Source: Glaucostegus cemiculus (taxonomy: Eukaryota). From it: 64,000 nt of DNA. The position numbers and the translations under genes were made by a program. Shown here one piece after another: positions 12,901-27,900 of this stretch. The notes below the pieces were generated by a model, which made no database searches, was not told where the DNA came from, and was given only the letters and a program-made list of their open reading frames with translations. Within the stretch, counting starts at the first letter, position 1. Every line of letters begins with the position of its first letter. Where the stretch lies: NCBI GenBank assembly GCA_976551045.1, contig CDPCPM010000017.1, positions 6,200,001-6,264,000 of the forward strand. Direction: 5' to 3'.

Positions 12901-15900
12901 AGTTAATATTACACCAATGTTATTTCCATTGCGTTCTTAGAACTTTATTTTGGTCCTCTATTTCTCCATCAATTTTTGAAAAGAAATCTATGGAAAATAG
13001 TAAGGGATAAATAGCATTCACACCATAATTCTTGGGTTTTTGTGCCATTATTAGTTATTAATAACTAATTTATGTCTAGTTATTATTTTAGAAAACATTA
13101 TAAATAGATTAGGACTCCAGTTTTATTGTGTGTATGTTTATTACAACAGCCGTAACTACCACAACTGTTGCATCAACAACAATATTCACATCATCATCAA
13201 CAACGACAATTTCTTCAACAACCAGCCCAGGTAAAGAGATCTAAGTATTCTATTTTAATAAAGAAATCAGAGTTGAAAATTAATACCACCAACTTGGGAT
13301 TAATTTTTCAATTCTAGCAGTTGAAAGTGAAACATATCTGACAGTATCCAAAGTTGCAGTAACCATCAACAACTGTGAATTAATGATTTATACTTAACTA
13401 ATGTTTGTGATTTTGCAAAAATAAATATTGAAATACAAAAGGAAGGAAACAGAATTCAGTGTGCCTGGTTCTTTACTGGACATAAATTGGACAAAAAGGG
13501 GTCAACAATCCGGTTATTCTTTGATATGTTTAAGGATCCAAATGTAAAATTGGATGGCAATTAGCTTATAAGCTCTCCTGGGTCTTAAGGAGATAACAAA
13601 GACTGGTGTAAAAAGGCCAATGTGTGCTTCCAGAGCCACAAAAAAAAAGTGGGACTTTACCAACCAGGGCACCTCCTTTTTGTGTCAGCTCTACTGCCAC
13701 ACCACATACCTCCTGGCTTACAGGACCACAGAAAAGCAACTGCTGGTACCAAAGGCATCCCAATATTGCTACATTAGTAAGGAAAAGCCTGGGCATGAAC
13801 TTAATTGCAATGGCTAATTGCTGGTCAGGCTAGCAGACTCACGCTGCTCACTCAGCTAAATTACGATGATTAGGCCTTTAGGCCTAAGGCCAAGAGTATC
13901 CTCACAACTGTTCATTCTATGACTGGGCATTGCCCGACTTCTTGTGCAAGGCATTAATAGTCAATCTGAAAAATTCACCTTCAGGGTCAAACTTAGTTGT
14001 TGTTTATAAGGACAGATTCTGAATTTTTGCAGACATTAAACTTGACATTTTCTGTTCTAAGTCTTGCTAAAATGAAAGTTTTCAAAATCTGGGAGAAAAC
14101 CAGGATCCAGCTTAAAAACATGAGTAGTTTAGAAATGAGATTATAATGGCCATTGCAAATGTAATTTTGCTGAAAAGTACATCATTGTAATTTATATGGT
14201 GTAAACAATGATTAGAAGAACAGAATGAAATAAAATGCTTTGAGGATAATTGATGGAAGAATCAGAGGTAAAATGAATAGATTTATTTTTAAGCTTATCA
14301 AATTATATGAATTTGATGGTGAGACAGCCACTGTCACAGATAAAATAGCATCCTGTTAATTCCAGATATAATCAGATTCGAGATGGCTTCAAATTTGACC
14401 AAGCAATCTTGAACACTCCCTTTTAACTTCTCTCAGAATTACCAACAGCATACAGTCACACTTCAAGGATTATGCAGTGATTGTGAACGTACTCTTTCTC
14501 TTTCAGAAGAAACAACATCAATAACTCTTACAACAGAGTCGACTTCCATTTCCACATCGGGTGAGTAATCATGTCCATCAATGACCATGAGCAAGATTTT
14601 CAACATAGGTTTCTTCATTACCTTATAAAGAGTGTTGCCTTTTGTTTTAACATGTTTTAGGTATAAATGAATTTGTCCATAATTATGCTTGAAGCAGTGT
14701 GGCAAAAACCTTCAACAAACTTGGCAAAAGGGAATCAGTTTTACGGTCCTTATTGTTCTCCTTCTACCAGAGTGACACCCATCACTATTTTGTAAAGGTT
14801 GAGAATGATGAGTCCTTTGAAAATATTGACATTAATGTGATTTTTCAGAGTCAGCTCCTACTCAAGGAAACTCCATTCTCTTGCATCTCTGACAATCTCA
14901 TTTAGATGGGGGTAGGCATTTAAAATGGCAAAATTATTTCAAGGGAGCTTGCAACAACATTCCATCATACAAAAAGCTAACATGCTAAATTTGAGTGGAC
15001 ATAAAATCAGCCGTTCAATTCTTTTTGCTTGAAACATGCCAGACATAGTTACTAAGAATGTGTGAGAGCAGTGAAACATGCGAAAGCGCAACAAGGCTGA
15101 TCATGAACCAGAAGAAAGGTAATGATAAGCTTCCAGGAATTCTGATATTAACTAGTATGGTAAATGTCGAATGTGACTGAAATATTCAGCTGTCAAATTA
15201 TAAAAAAAGCATTGACATGAGATTTTGTCTTATGATGCACATTGTTCTAGACTCAAGTTTCTTCATATTATCTCAATACATTGTACATTTGTACATGCCA
15301 CTGGTTACATGGAGGAAAATGCTCTGAGTGCTAAAAACACATCAATTTCCTGCAAATCAATTCATATGCATTTGATGGTAAATTCCATCAAGATACAATA
15401 TATAAGTTACGGCGAAATACAAGAAGATAATGCATGAGTAGATACTTCGAACACATCTCTATTCTTCGACTATATTTACTTTACAAACACATCTGCTGAA
15501 AATATACAACTAATTCGGCTACATGTTGGCTCAAAACACTGAGACCAAGGGATTGCAGAAACTTCCAAATGCCAAAGAAATGTGAAGAAACTAAGTTGGT
15601 GTCTTGTGCTTCTCACTGTCTTTGATACATTCTGCTGAAACAAACAAAAAAAGACTTGTGGTTGAGAATAATATTCTTTTTTTTAATTTCAAATAACAGA
15701 AAAAACATCGACAACCGAGACCACTACCACAACAGGTGAGCAACAATATTGTTCAAAGTCGTCAGCATGAGCTTCAGAAACTCTGTAGCCTGCCAAAAGC
15801 ACCTCTATTTGTTCTATCATCAGGACAATTGACCCAAATATATACAACACTCAATGCTAAATTTATTCACAGCTTTGCTCAAAACATTACAAAGTCTTCA

Positions 15901-18900
15901 GGTGAAAGTGTGGGAATAGCTTATGACATCAAGAGGTAAGCTGAGGTTCTGAAGGTCCACAATATTTTCAAAGGGAGCATTCAGCCTGGAATCTTTCAGT
16001 AGACATGGATATCAATTTTCGGCAGCAGAGAGTATTCAGAAAAAGGTCCCTTCTTGTCCTCCCTCCTCTTGCCACAGACCCCATCTCTGAGAGATCGAGG
16101 AAAAGGCTAAATAAATGAATACTGAACATATCAACGTGCATACCAAAGAGTAAAAGAGAGATTCGATCTGATGCACAATGCATTAGCTAAAGCAGTTCAA
16201 TCATGTAATACTCCATCTTTTCTGGAGGATGTAATTTCCTTACCAAAAGTGCCTTTTCTCATTTACACAAGTGGGACAAATTTCATTGCAAATTTGGACA
16301 CAGATAGTCTAATGATGATCATCACTCAAGGATCACATGCTTACTAAAAGGTGTGCTTTTGAGCGAAAGAATGACAGGACAAATTAAGAAATAGATGTCA
16401 TGAAAATTCTGCATGTACTCAAATAAGGGAGGCACCATGAGGATTTCAAGATTTTACCTCTGTCTTCTTTATTATTGCTAACTCGTCCTGAAACTAATAC
16501 GTTCATGAAATGCAAGTTCAGTGAGTGAAAATACGTTATTCTTTCACCAGAAACAACACCATCCACATCACCAACTCCCACAAGTGTGTCCACCACCAGT
16601 TCTACAACAGGTCAGTCACGTTCCTTTCAATACACATTGAAACACCTTAAGGAAAAGAGTGGATCTATCTAATCTCACTTGCATGGCTTCATTTCTCCAG
16701 CACCTTTGCATGATTTACATGCATTGCCTTTTCAGAAAAAAGGCACTTCTTGTAAAAGAGAGATTCCATTACATGTACGCAGTGCTTTAGCTTTGCCACC
16801 TAAACTCAGTGAAACTACAACCTATCAGGAGGTTGCCATTTGCATCCCGAAAGTGCGTTTTCTCATTCAAACAACTGGAATAAGTATCACTGCAGTTTTG
16901 GATGAAGATACTCTGATAAAGATCATCATCTCAAGGAACTCATGCTTCGTAAAAGAGGTGTGGATTTCATCAAGAGATTGTCAGTATGAATGACCAAGCA
17001 GATGTCATGTAAAATTCCTCCATGTACTCAAATCAGGAAAGTATCATCAAGGTTTGACGATTTTAGCACGGTCCTGTTAATAATCACTAACTCTTCGTGG
17101 ATTGATGTGCTTATGCAATGCAAGTCGTCTTCAGTGAGTGAAAATGCATTTATTCTTTCACCAGAAACAACACCATCCACATCAACAACACCCAAAAGTG
17201 TGTCCACCACCAGTTCTACAACAGGTGAGTCACGTTCCTTTCAATACACATTGAAACACCTTAAGGAAAAGAGTGGATCTTTCTAACATCACTTGCATGG
17301 CTTCATCTCTCCAGCATCATTGCATGATTTATGAACGTATATACTGTATGTTAATAAAACGTACGTCGATAGCGAACACATATTGGTTCAAAATTAGTCG
17401 ACCAACTTACCAATAGAATCTTCACAATGCTTAGGAAATCAGGAGGACCTGGCATGGTGTCTTCTGCTTCCCACTATCTTCCATACATTCAGCTGGAACA
17501 GGCAAAACTTGGCTGCTATACCTGATTATCACATTCCTTTCTTTTATCAGGAACAGCACCAACGACATCAGCAAATGTGACCACAACCAGTGCCACATCA
17601 GGTCAATATGACCATCCTTCACAATCGTTAGCATTTCCTTCAACACCTCTGGGCTCTGTTAATTGATGTTCCATTAACTGTAGCGTCAGTAACATTCCTA
17701 CATAGTTTTGCTAAAAGAAATTACAAATTCTCACCTTGAAGATGTGGGCTACAGCCCAGGAATGATGTAGGGGCCTCATGCTAATGACTCCCCTCAGTAC
17801 TTCCAAGAAGAGCAATGAGCTTGGCACATATCAATCCACGTTGATTGGTATTTTCGGCACCAAGACACTAAAACCTTGTCAGAAAACACCCTTCTCAACC
17901 TACCACAGACACAATCTCAGGATATTTGGTAATAGCTAGATGATTGAATATAGTCCATTGTCAGCTAAGTACTGCAGAGTAAAGGAATGATGAGATTCTG
18001 GATACATTGCTGGATGTGCCGCACCTCGATCTATTCAAAATCAGTCAGTGAAGGAGTTCAACAGAACTCTTCCCAGAGTCAGCTTCTCGCTTTCATACTT
18101 CTGTCCATGTAACAAGAATCAATTCAGAGTCACATAAAAGTTTTATGAAAATATTTATAATCTCATGGATCACAAGCTTACTAAGTACTGTGCATTATCT
18201 CCGACGAAACAGAGATCAATTTGTGTCTGAACATCATCAGCTCCGCTGTCGTGAAGATGATTTGAAAAATTCAAGCCAGTCTGAACAATATATGCTGAAT
18301 CATATCAAATCTGACCGTCTGCTCTTGCAATTGAAGTTTGTGGTACCAGTTGTAACACACTTGTACTTTTTCTCCAGGAACAACACCATCAGTAACTGGC
18401 ACAACTGAATCCACCAGCAGTTCCACAGCAGGTAAGTGAGAGTCCTTACAGCAAACATTGGAAAACTTTAAAACAAAGCGCAGCCTCTTCTAACACTTCT
18501 CACTGCTATTAGCATTTGTTACTCTTTTAACCTTCATGCTGGAAACATATCTCCGTAAATGTGTCACATTAGTAGCGAAACAATTAGATAGTTATTATAG
18601 AATCTTTATAAAGCTAAGGAAATGTGAAGGAATTCAGTTGGTGTCTTCTGATTCTCCCTGCCTTAAATACTATAAGGTGCAAGAAGGAAAATCTAGCTGG
18701 CGTGGTTGAGTCTAATATTCTTTTCTTGTATTTCAAAAATCAGAAACAACATCAACAACTGAGACCACTACCAGTACAACAACCACAACCACAACAGGTG
18801 AGTAACAATATCTTTCAAAAACGACAGCATGACCTTCAGCAACTCTGTGGCCTGTCAACTCCAGATCTATCTGTTCTGCAATCAGGAAAATTCACCCGTA

Positions 18901-21900
18901 TCCGCGACACTCAACATTAAATTGATTCATAGCTTTGCTCAAAAAATTACAATGACCTACCGCTCGAGTATTCGAATAACTTCTGAATTCAGGAGGGAAC
19001 TTGTGGTTCTGACTACCTTCATAGTTTCAAAAGGCGCAGGGAGCTTGGCATCTTCCATTGGACGTAGATGTCAATCTTCCGGCAGCAGAGCCTTTTCACA
19101 AATAGGGCTCTTCTCATAAAAGAGTGATTCAATTTCATGTACGCAGTGCTTTAGCTTTGGCACCTCAACTCTGCGGAAATCCAACTTTTCAGGAGGTTGC
19201 CATTTGCTTTCCGAAAGTGTCTTTTCTCATTCACACAATGGGAATAAATATCACTGCAGTTTTGGGCAAAGATATTCTGATAAAGATCATCATCTCAAGC
19301 ATCACATGCCTCCTAAAAGAGGTGTGCATTTGATCAAGAGATTGTCAGTATGAATGACCAACCAGATGTCATGTAAAATTCCTCCATGTACTCAAATCAG
19401 GAAAGCATCATCAAGGTTTGACAATTTTAGCACAGTCCACTTTATAATCGCTAACTCTTCGTGGATTGATGCGCTTATGCAATGCAAGTCGTCTTCAGTG
19501 AGTGAAAATGCATTTATTCTTTCACCAGAAACAACACCATCTACATCAACAACTCCCACAAGTGTGTCCACCACCAGTTCTACAACAGGTCAGTCACGTT
19601 CCTTTCAATACACATTGAAACACCGTAAGGAAAAGAGTGGATCTTTCTAACATCACTTGCATGGCTTCATTTCTCCAGCACCTTTGCATGATTTATGAAC
19701 GTATATGCTGTATGTTAATGAAATGTACGTCGATATCGATCACATATTGGTTCAAAGTTAGTCGACCAACTTACCAATAGAATCTTCACAATGCTTAGGA
19801 AATCAGGAGGACCTGGCATGGTGTCTTCTGCTTCCCACTATCTTCCATACATTCAGCTGGAACGGGCAAAACTTGGCTGCTGTACCTGATTATCACATTC
19901 CTTTCTTTTATTAGGAACAGCACCAACGACATCAGCAACTGTGACCACAACCAGTACCACATCAGGTCAGTAAGACCATCTTTCAAAATTGTTAGCATTT
20001 CCTTCACCACCTCTGGGCTCGGTTAATTGATGTTCCATTAACTCTAGCGTCACTAACATTCCACCATAGTTTTGCAGAAAGAAATAACAAATTCTCACCT
20101 TGAAGATGTGGGGTACAACCCAGGAATGAAGTAGGGGCCTCGTGCTAATGACTCCCCTCAGTACTTCCAAGAAGACAATGAGCTTGGCACATATCAATCC
20201 ACGTTGATTGGTAGTATCGGCACCAAGAAACCAAAACCTTGCCAGAAAAGCCCCTTCTCTACCTCATACAGACACAACCTCAGGATATTTGGTAATAGCT
20301 AGATGATTGAATATAGTCCATTGTCAGCTAAGTACTGCAGAGTAGAGGAATGATGAGATTCTGGATACATTGCTGGATGTGCCGCACCTCGATCTTCTCA
20401 AACTCTGTCAGTGAAGCAGTTCAACAGAACTCTTCCCAAAGTCAGCTTCTCACTTTCATACTTCTGTCCATGTAACAAGAATCAACTCAGATTCACATAA
20501 AAGTTTTCTGAAAATATTTATAATCTCATGGATCACAAGCTTACTAAGTACTGTGCATGAGATCAAGATTTTGTCATTATCTCCGACGAAACAGAGATCA
20601 ATTTGTGTCTGAACATCATCAGCTCCGCCGTCGTGAAGATGATTTGAAAAATTCAAGCCAATCTGAACAATATATGCTGAATCATATCAAATCTGACCGC
20701 CTGCTCTTGCAATTTAAGTTTGTAGTACCAGTTGTAACACACTTGTACTTTTTCTCCAGGAACAACACCGTCAGTAACTGGCACAACTGAATCCACCAGC
20801 AGTTCCACAGCAGGTAAGTGAGAGTCCTTACAGCAAACACTGGCAAACTTTAAACCAGAGTGCAGCCTCTTCTAACACTTCTCACTGCTATTAGCATTTG
20901 TTACTTTTTTAACCTTCATGCTGTAAAAATATCTCCGTAAATCTGTTACATTAGGAGCAAAACAATTAGATAGTTATAGAATCTTGAAAAAGCTAAGGAA
21001 ATGTGAAGGAATTCAGTTGGTGTCTTCTGCTTCTCACCGCCTTTAATGCTTTCTGCTGCAAGAAGAAAAATCCAGCGGCCGTCGTTGAGTCTAATATTCT
21101 TTTCCTTTATTTCAAAAATCAGAAACAACAGCAGCAACCGAGACAACCACCACTACTACAACCACAACCATAACAGGTGAGTAACAATATCATTCAAAAA
21201 TGTCACCATGACCTTCAGCAACTCTGTGGCCTTCCAACTCCAGCTCTTTCTGTTCTGCCATCAGGAAAATTCACCCAAGTGTCCACGACACTCAACACTA
21301 CATTGATTCATACCTTTGCTCAAAAAATTACCGTGACCTCCCGCTCAATTAATCAAATAACTTATGAACTCAGGAGGGAACTTGTGGTTCTGACAGCCCT
21401 TTATATTTTCAAAAGGTACAGGGAGCTTGGCATCTTCCATTGGACGTGGATGTCAATCTTCTGCAGCAGAGCCTTTTCACAAAAAAGGCTCTTCTCGTAA
21501 AAGAGAGATTCCATTTCATGTATGCAGTGCTTTAGCTTTGGCACCTCAACTCTGTGAAACTCCAACTTTTCAGGAGGTTGCCATTTGCTTCCCGAAAGTG
21601 CCTTTACTCATTCACACAACTGGAATAAATATCACTGCAGCTTTGGACAAAGATATTCTGATAAAGATCATCATCTCAAGGAACACAAGCTTCCTAAAAG
21701 AGGTGTGGATTTCATCAAGAGATTGTCAGTATGAATGACCAAGCAGATGTCATGTAAAATGCCTCCATGTACTCAAATCAGGAAAGCATCATCAAGGTTT
21801 GACGATTTTAGCACAGTCCTCTTTATTATTGCTAACTCGTCCTGGATTGTTGTGCTTATGCAATGCAAGTCGTCTTCAGTGAGTGAAAATGCATTTATTC

Positions 21901-24900
21901 TTTCACCAGAAACAACACCATCCACATCAACAACTCCCACAAGTGTGTCCACCACCGGTTCTACAACAGGTCAGTCACGTTCCTTTCAATACACATTGAA
22001 ACACCTTAAGGAAAAGAGTGGATCTTTCTAACATCACTTGCATGGCTTCATTTCTCCAGCACTTTTGCATGACTTATGAATGTATATGCTGAATGTTAAT
22101 TAAACGTACATCTATATCGATCACATAATGGTTCAAAGTTAGTCGACCAGCTTACCAATAGAATCTTCAAAATGCTTAGGAAATCAGGAAGACCTGGGAT
22201 GGTGTCTTCTGCTTCCCACTGTCTTCCATACATTCAGCTGGAACGGGCAAAACTTGGCTGCTGTATCTGATTATCACATTCCTTTCTTTTATTAGGAACA
22301 GCACCAACGACAGCAGCAACTGTGACCACAACCAGAACCACAACAGGTCAGTAAGACCATCTTTCACAATCGTTAGCATTTCCTTCAGCACCTCTGGGCT
22401 CTGTTAAATTAAGTTCCATTAACTTGAGCGTCAGTAACATTCCTACATAGTTTTGCTGAAAGAAATTAGAAATCCTCACTGTGACATAGCCCAGGAATGA
22501 AGCAGGGGCCTCGTGCTACTGACTCCCCTCAGTACTTCCAAAAAGAGCAATGAGCTTGGCACATATCAATCCACATTGATTGGTAGTTTCGGCAACAAGA
22601 CACCAAAACCTTGTCAGAAAAGCCCCTTCTCTACCTCATACAGACACAACCTCAGGATATTTGGTAATAGCTAGATGATTGAGTTTAGTCCATTGTCAGC
22701 TAAGTACTGCAGAGTAAAGGAATGATGAGATTCTGGATAGATTGCTGGATGTGCCGCACCTCGATCTTCTCAAACTCTGTCAGTGAAGGAGTTCAACAGA
22801 ACTCATCCCAAAGTTAGCTTCTCACTTTCATACTTCTGTGCATGTAACAAGAATCAATTCAGATTCACATAAAGGTATTCTGAAAATATTTATAATCTCA
22901 TTGTTCACAAGCTTACTAAGTAGTGTGAATGAGATCGAGATTTTGACATTATCTCTGACGAAACAGAAATCAATTTGTGTCTGAACATCATCAGCTCCGC
23001 CGTCATGAAGATGATTTGAAAAATTCAAGCCAGTCTGAACAATATATGCTGAATCATATCAATCTGACCGCCTGCTCTTGCAATTTAAGATTGTAGTACC
23101 AGTTGTAACACACTTGTACTTTTTCTCCAGGAACAACACCATCAGTAACTGGCACAACTGAATCCACCAGCAGTTCCACAGCAGGTAAGTGAGAGTCCAT
23201 ACAGCAAACACTGGCAAACTTTAAACCAAAGTGCAGCCTCTTCTAACACTTCTCACTGCTATTAGCATTTGTTACTTTTTTAACCTTCATGCTGGAAACA
23301 TATCTCCGTAAATGTGTCACGTTAGTAGCGAAACAATTAGATAGTTATTATAGAATCTTTAAAAAGCTAAGGAAATGTGAAGGAATTCAGTTGGTGTCTT
23401 CTGCTTCTCCCTGCCTTAAATACTATAAGGTGCAAGAAGGAAAATCGAGCTGGCGTGGTTGAGTCTAATATTCTTTTCTTGTATTTCAAAAATCAGAAAC
23501 AACATCAACAACCGAGACCACTACCAGTACAACAACCACAACCACAACAGGTGAGTTACAATATCTTTCAAAAACGACAGCATGACCTTCAGCAACTCTG
23601 TGGCCTATCAACTCCAGATCTATCTGTTCTGCAATCAGGAAAATTCACCCGTATCCGCGACACTCAACATTAAATTGATTCATAGCTTTGCTCAAAAAAT
23701 TACAATGACCTACCGCTCAAGTATTCGAATAACTTCTGAATTCAGGAGGGAACTTGCGGTTCTGACTACCTTCATAGTTTCAAAAGGCGCAGGGAGCTTG
23801 GCATCTTCCATTGGACGTGGATGTCAATCTTCCGGCAGCAGAGCCTTTTCACAAAAAGGGCTCTTCTCATAAAAGAGTGATTCAATTTCATGTATGCAGT
23901 GCTTTAGCTTTGGCACCTCAACTCTGCGGAAATCAAACTTTTCAGGAGGTTGCCATTTGCTTTCCGAAAGTGTCTTTTCTCATTCACTCATGGGAATAAA
24001 TATCACTGCAGTTTTGGACAAAGATATTCTGATAAAGATCATCATCTCAAGCATCACATGCCTCCTAAAAGAGGTGTGCATTTGATCAAGAGATTGTCAG
24101 TATGAATGACCAACCAGATGTCATGTAAAATTCCTCCATGTACTCAAATCAGGAAAGCATCATCAAGGTTTGACGATTTTAGCACAGTCCACTTTATAAT
24201 CGCTCACTCTTCGTGGATTGATGCGCTTATGCAATGCAAGTCGTCTTCAGTGAGTGAAAATGCATTTATTCTTTCACCAGAAACAACACCATCGACATCA
24301 ACAACTCCCACAAGTGTGTCCACCACCAGTTCTACAACAGGTCAGTCACGTTCCTTTCAATACACATTGAAACACCGTAAGGAAAAGAGTGGATCTTTCT
24401 AACATCACTTGCATGGCTTCATTTCTCCAGCACCTTTGCATGATTTATGAACGTATATGCTGTATGTTAATGAAACGTACGTCGATATCGATCACATATT
24501 GGTTCAAAGTTAGTCGACCAACTTAACAATAGAATCTTCACAATGCTTAGGAAATCAGGAGGACCTGGCATGGTGTCTTCTGCTTCCCACTATCTTCCAT
24601 ACATTCAGCTGGAACGGGCAAAACTTGGCTGCTGTACCTGATTATCACATTCCTTTCTTTTATTAGGAACAGCACCAACGACATCAGCAACTGTGACCAC
24701 AACCAGTACCACATCAGGTCAGTAAGACCATCTTTCAAAATTGTTAGCATTTCCTTCACCACCTCTGGGCTCGGTTAATTGATGTTCCATTAACTCTAGC
24801 GTCACTAACAATCCACCATAGTTTTGCGGAAAGAAATAACAAATTCTCACCTTGAAGATGTGGGGTACAACCCAGGAATGAAGTAGGGGCCTCGTGCTAA

Positions 24901-27900
24901 TGACTCCCCTCAGTACTTCCAAGAAGAGCAATGAGCTTGGCACATATCAATCCACGTTGATTGGTAGTTTCGGCACCAAGAAACCAAAACCTTGCCAGAA
25001 AAGCCCCTTCTCTACCTCATACAGACACAACCTCAGGATATTTGGTATTAGCTAGGTGATTGAATATAGTCCATTGTCAGCTAAGTACTGCAGAGCAGAG
25101 GAATGATGAGATTCTGGATACATTGCTGGATGTGCCACACCTCGATCTTCTCAAACTCTGTCAGTGAAGCAGTTCAACAGAACTCTTCCCAAAGTCAGCT
25201 TCTCACTTTCATACTTCTGTCCATGTAACAAGAATCAACTCAGATTCACATAAAAGTTTTCTGAAAATATTTATAATCTCATGGATCACAAGCTTACTAA
25301 GTACTGTGCATGAGATCAAGATTTTGTCATTATCTCCGACGAAACAGAGATCAATTTGTGTCTGAACATCATCAGCTCCGCCGTCGTGAAGATGATTTGA
25401 AAAATTCAAGCCAGTCTGAACAATATATGCTGAATCATAGCAAATCTGACCGCCTGCTCTTCCAATTTAAGTTTGTAGTACCAGTTGTAACACACTTGTA
25501 CTGTTTCTCCAGGAACAACACCATCAGTAACTGGCACAACTGAATCCACCAGCAGTTCCACAGCAGGTAAGTGAGAGTCCTTACAGCAAACACTGGCAAA
25601 CTTTAAACCAAAGTGCAGCCTCTTCTAACACTTCTCACTGCTATTAGCATTTGTTACTTTTTTAACCTTCATGCTGTAAAAATATCTCCGTAAATCTGTC
25701 ACATTAGGAGCAAAACAATTAGATAGTTATAGAATCTTGAAAAAGCTAAGGAAATGTGAAGGAATTCAGTTGGTGTCTTCTGCTTCTCACCGCCTTTAAT
25801 GCTTTCTGCTGCAAGAAGAAAAATCCAGCGGCCGTCGTTGAGTCTAATATTCTTTTCCTTTATTTCAAAAATCAGAAACAACAGCAGCAACCGAGACAAC
25901 TACCACTACTACAACCACAACCATAACAGGTGAGTAACAATATCATTCAAAAATGTCACCATGACCTTCAGCAACTCTGTGGCCTTCCAACTCCAGCTCT
26001 TTCTGTTCTGCCATCAGGAAAATTCACCCAAGTGTTCACGACACTCAACACTACATTGATTCATACCTTTGCTCAAAAAATTACCATGACCTCCCGCTCA
26101 ATTAATCAAATAACTTATGAACTCAGGAGGGAACTTGTGGTTCTGACAGCCCTTCATATTTTCAAAAGGCACAGGGAGCTTGGCATCTTCCATTGGACGT
26201 GGATGTCAATCTTCTGCAGCAGAGCCTGTTCACAAAAAAGGCTCTTCTCGTAAAAGAGAGATTCCATTTCATGTACGCAGTGCTTTAGCTTTGGCACCTC
26301 AACTCTGTGAAACTCCAACTTTTCAGGAGGTTGCCATTTGCTTCCCGAAAGTGCCTTTACTCATTCACACAACTGGAATAAATATCACTGCAGTTTTGGA
26401 CAAAGATATTCTGATAAAGATCATCATCTCAAGGAACACAAGCTTCCTAAAAGAGGTGTGGATTTCATCAAGAGATTGTCAGTATGAATGACCAAGCAGA
26501 TGTCATGTAAAATGCCTCCATGTACTCAAATCAGGAAAGCATCATCAAGGTTTGACGATTTTAGCACAGTCCTCTTTATTATTGCTAACTCGTCCTGGAT
26601 TGTTGTGCTTATGCAATGCAAGTCGTCTTCAGTGAGTGAAAATGCATTTATTCTTTCACCAGAAACAACACCATCCACATCAACAACTCCCACAAGTGTG
26701 TCCACCACCGGTTCTACAACAGGTCAGTCACGTTCCTTTCAATACACATTGAAACACCTTAAGGAAAAGAGTGGATCTTTCTAACATCACTTGCATGGCT
26801 TCATTTCTCCAGCACTTTTGCATGACTTATGAACGTATATGCTGAATGTTAATTAAACGTACATCTATATCGATCACATATTGGTTCAAAGTTAGTCGAC
26901 CAACTTACCAATAGAATCTTCACAATGCTTAGGAAATCAGGAGGACCTGGCATGGTGTCTTCTGCTTCCCACTATCTTCCATACATTCAGCTGGAACGGG
27001 CAAAACTTGGCTGCTGTATCTGATTATCACATTCCTTTCTTTTATTAGGAACAGCACCAACGACATCAGCAACTGTGACCACAACCAGTACCACATCAGG
27101 TCAGTAAGACCATCTTTCACAATCGTTAGCATTTCCTTCAGCACCTCTGGGCTCTGTTAAATTAAGTTCCATTAACTTGAGCATCAGTAACATTCCTACA
27201 TAGTTTTGCTGAAAGAAATTAGAAATCCTCACTGGGACATAGCCCAGGAATGAAGCAGGGGCCTCGTGCTACTGACTCCCCTCAGTACTTCCAAAAAGAG
27301 CAATGAGCTTGGCACATATCAATCCACATTGATTGGTAGTTTCGGCACCAAGACACCAAAACCTTGTCAGAAAAGCCCCTTCTCTACCTTATACGGACAC
27401 AGCCTCAGGATATTTGGTAATAGCTAGATGATTGAGTTTAGTCCATTGTCAGCTCAGTACTGCAGAGTAAAGGAATGATGAGATTCTGGATAGATTGCTG
27501 GATGTGTCGCACCTCGATCTTCTCAAACTCTGTCAGTGAAGGAGTTCAACAGAACTCATCCCAAAGTTAGCTTCTCACTTTCATACCTCTGTGCATGTAA
27601 CAAGAATCAATTCAGATTCACATAAAGGTATTCTGAAAATATTTATAATCTCATTGTTCACAAGCTTACTAAGTAGTGTGAATGAGATCAAGATTTTGAC
27701 ATTATCTCTGACGAAACAGAAATCAATTTGTGTCTGAACATCATCAGCTCCGCCGTCATGAAGACGATTAGAAAAATTCAAGCCAGTCTGAACAATATAT
27801 GCTGAATCATATCAAATCTGACCGCCTGCTCTTGCAATTTAAGTTTGTAGTACCAGTTGTAACACACTTGTACTTTTTCTCCAGGAACAACACCATCAGT

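Noticed and set aside
13869-13892. Short inverted repeat (ttaggcctttaggcctaa) in a slightly GC-richer intronic patch
   Set aside because: Too short and isolated; it may be an old repeat remnant but cannot be classified.
17128-17142. Donor-like gtgagt shortly upstream of every exon A acceptor
   Set aside because: No convincing matching upstream acceptor or open Thr/Ser frame; its conservation is explained by repeat homogenisation.
18624-18920. Gln/Pro-rich reading ([19 protein letters not shown]) over exon D
   Set aside because: Alternative frame of ACA/ACC Thr codons; splice phase dictates the Thr frame.
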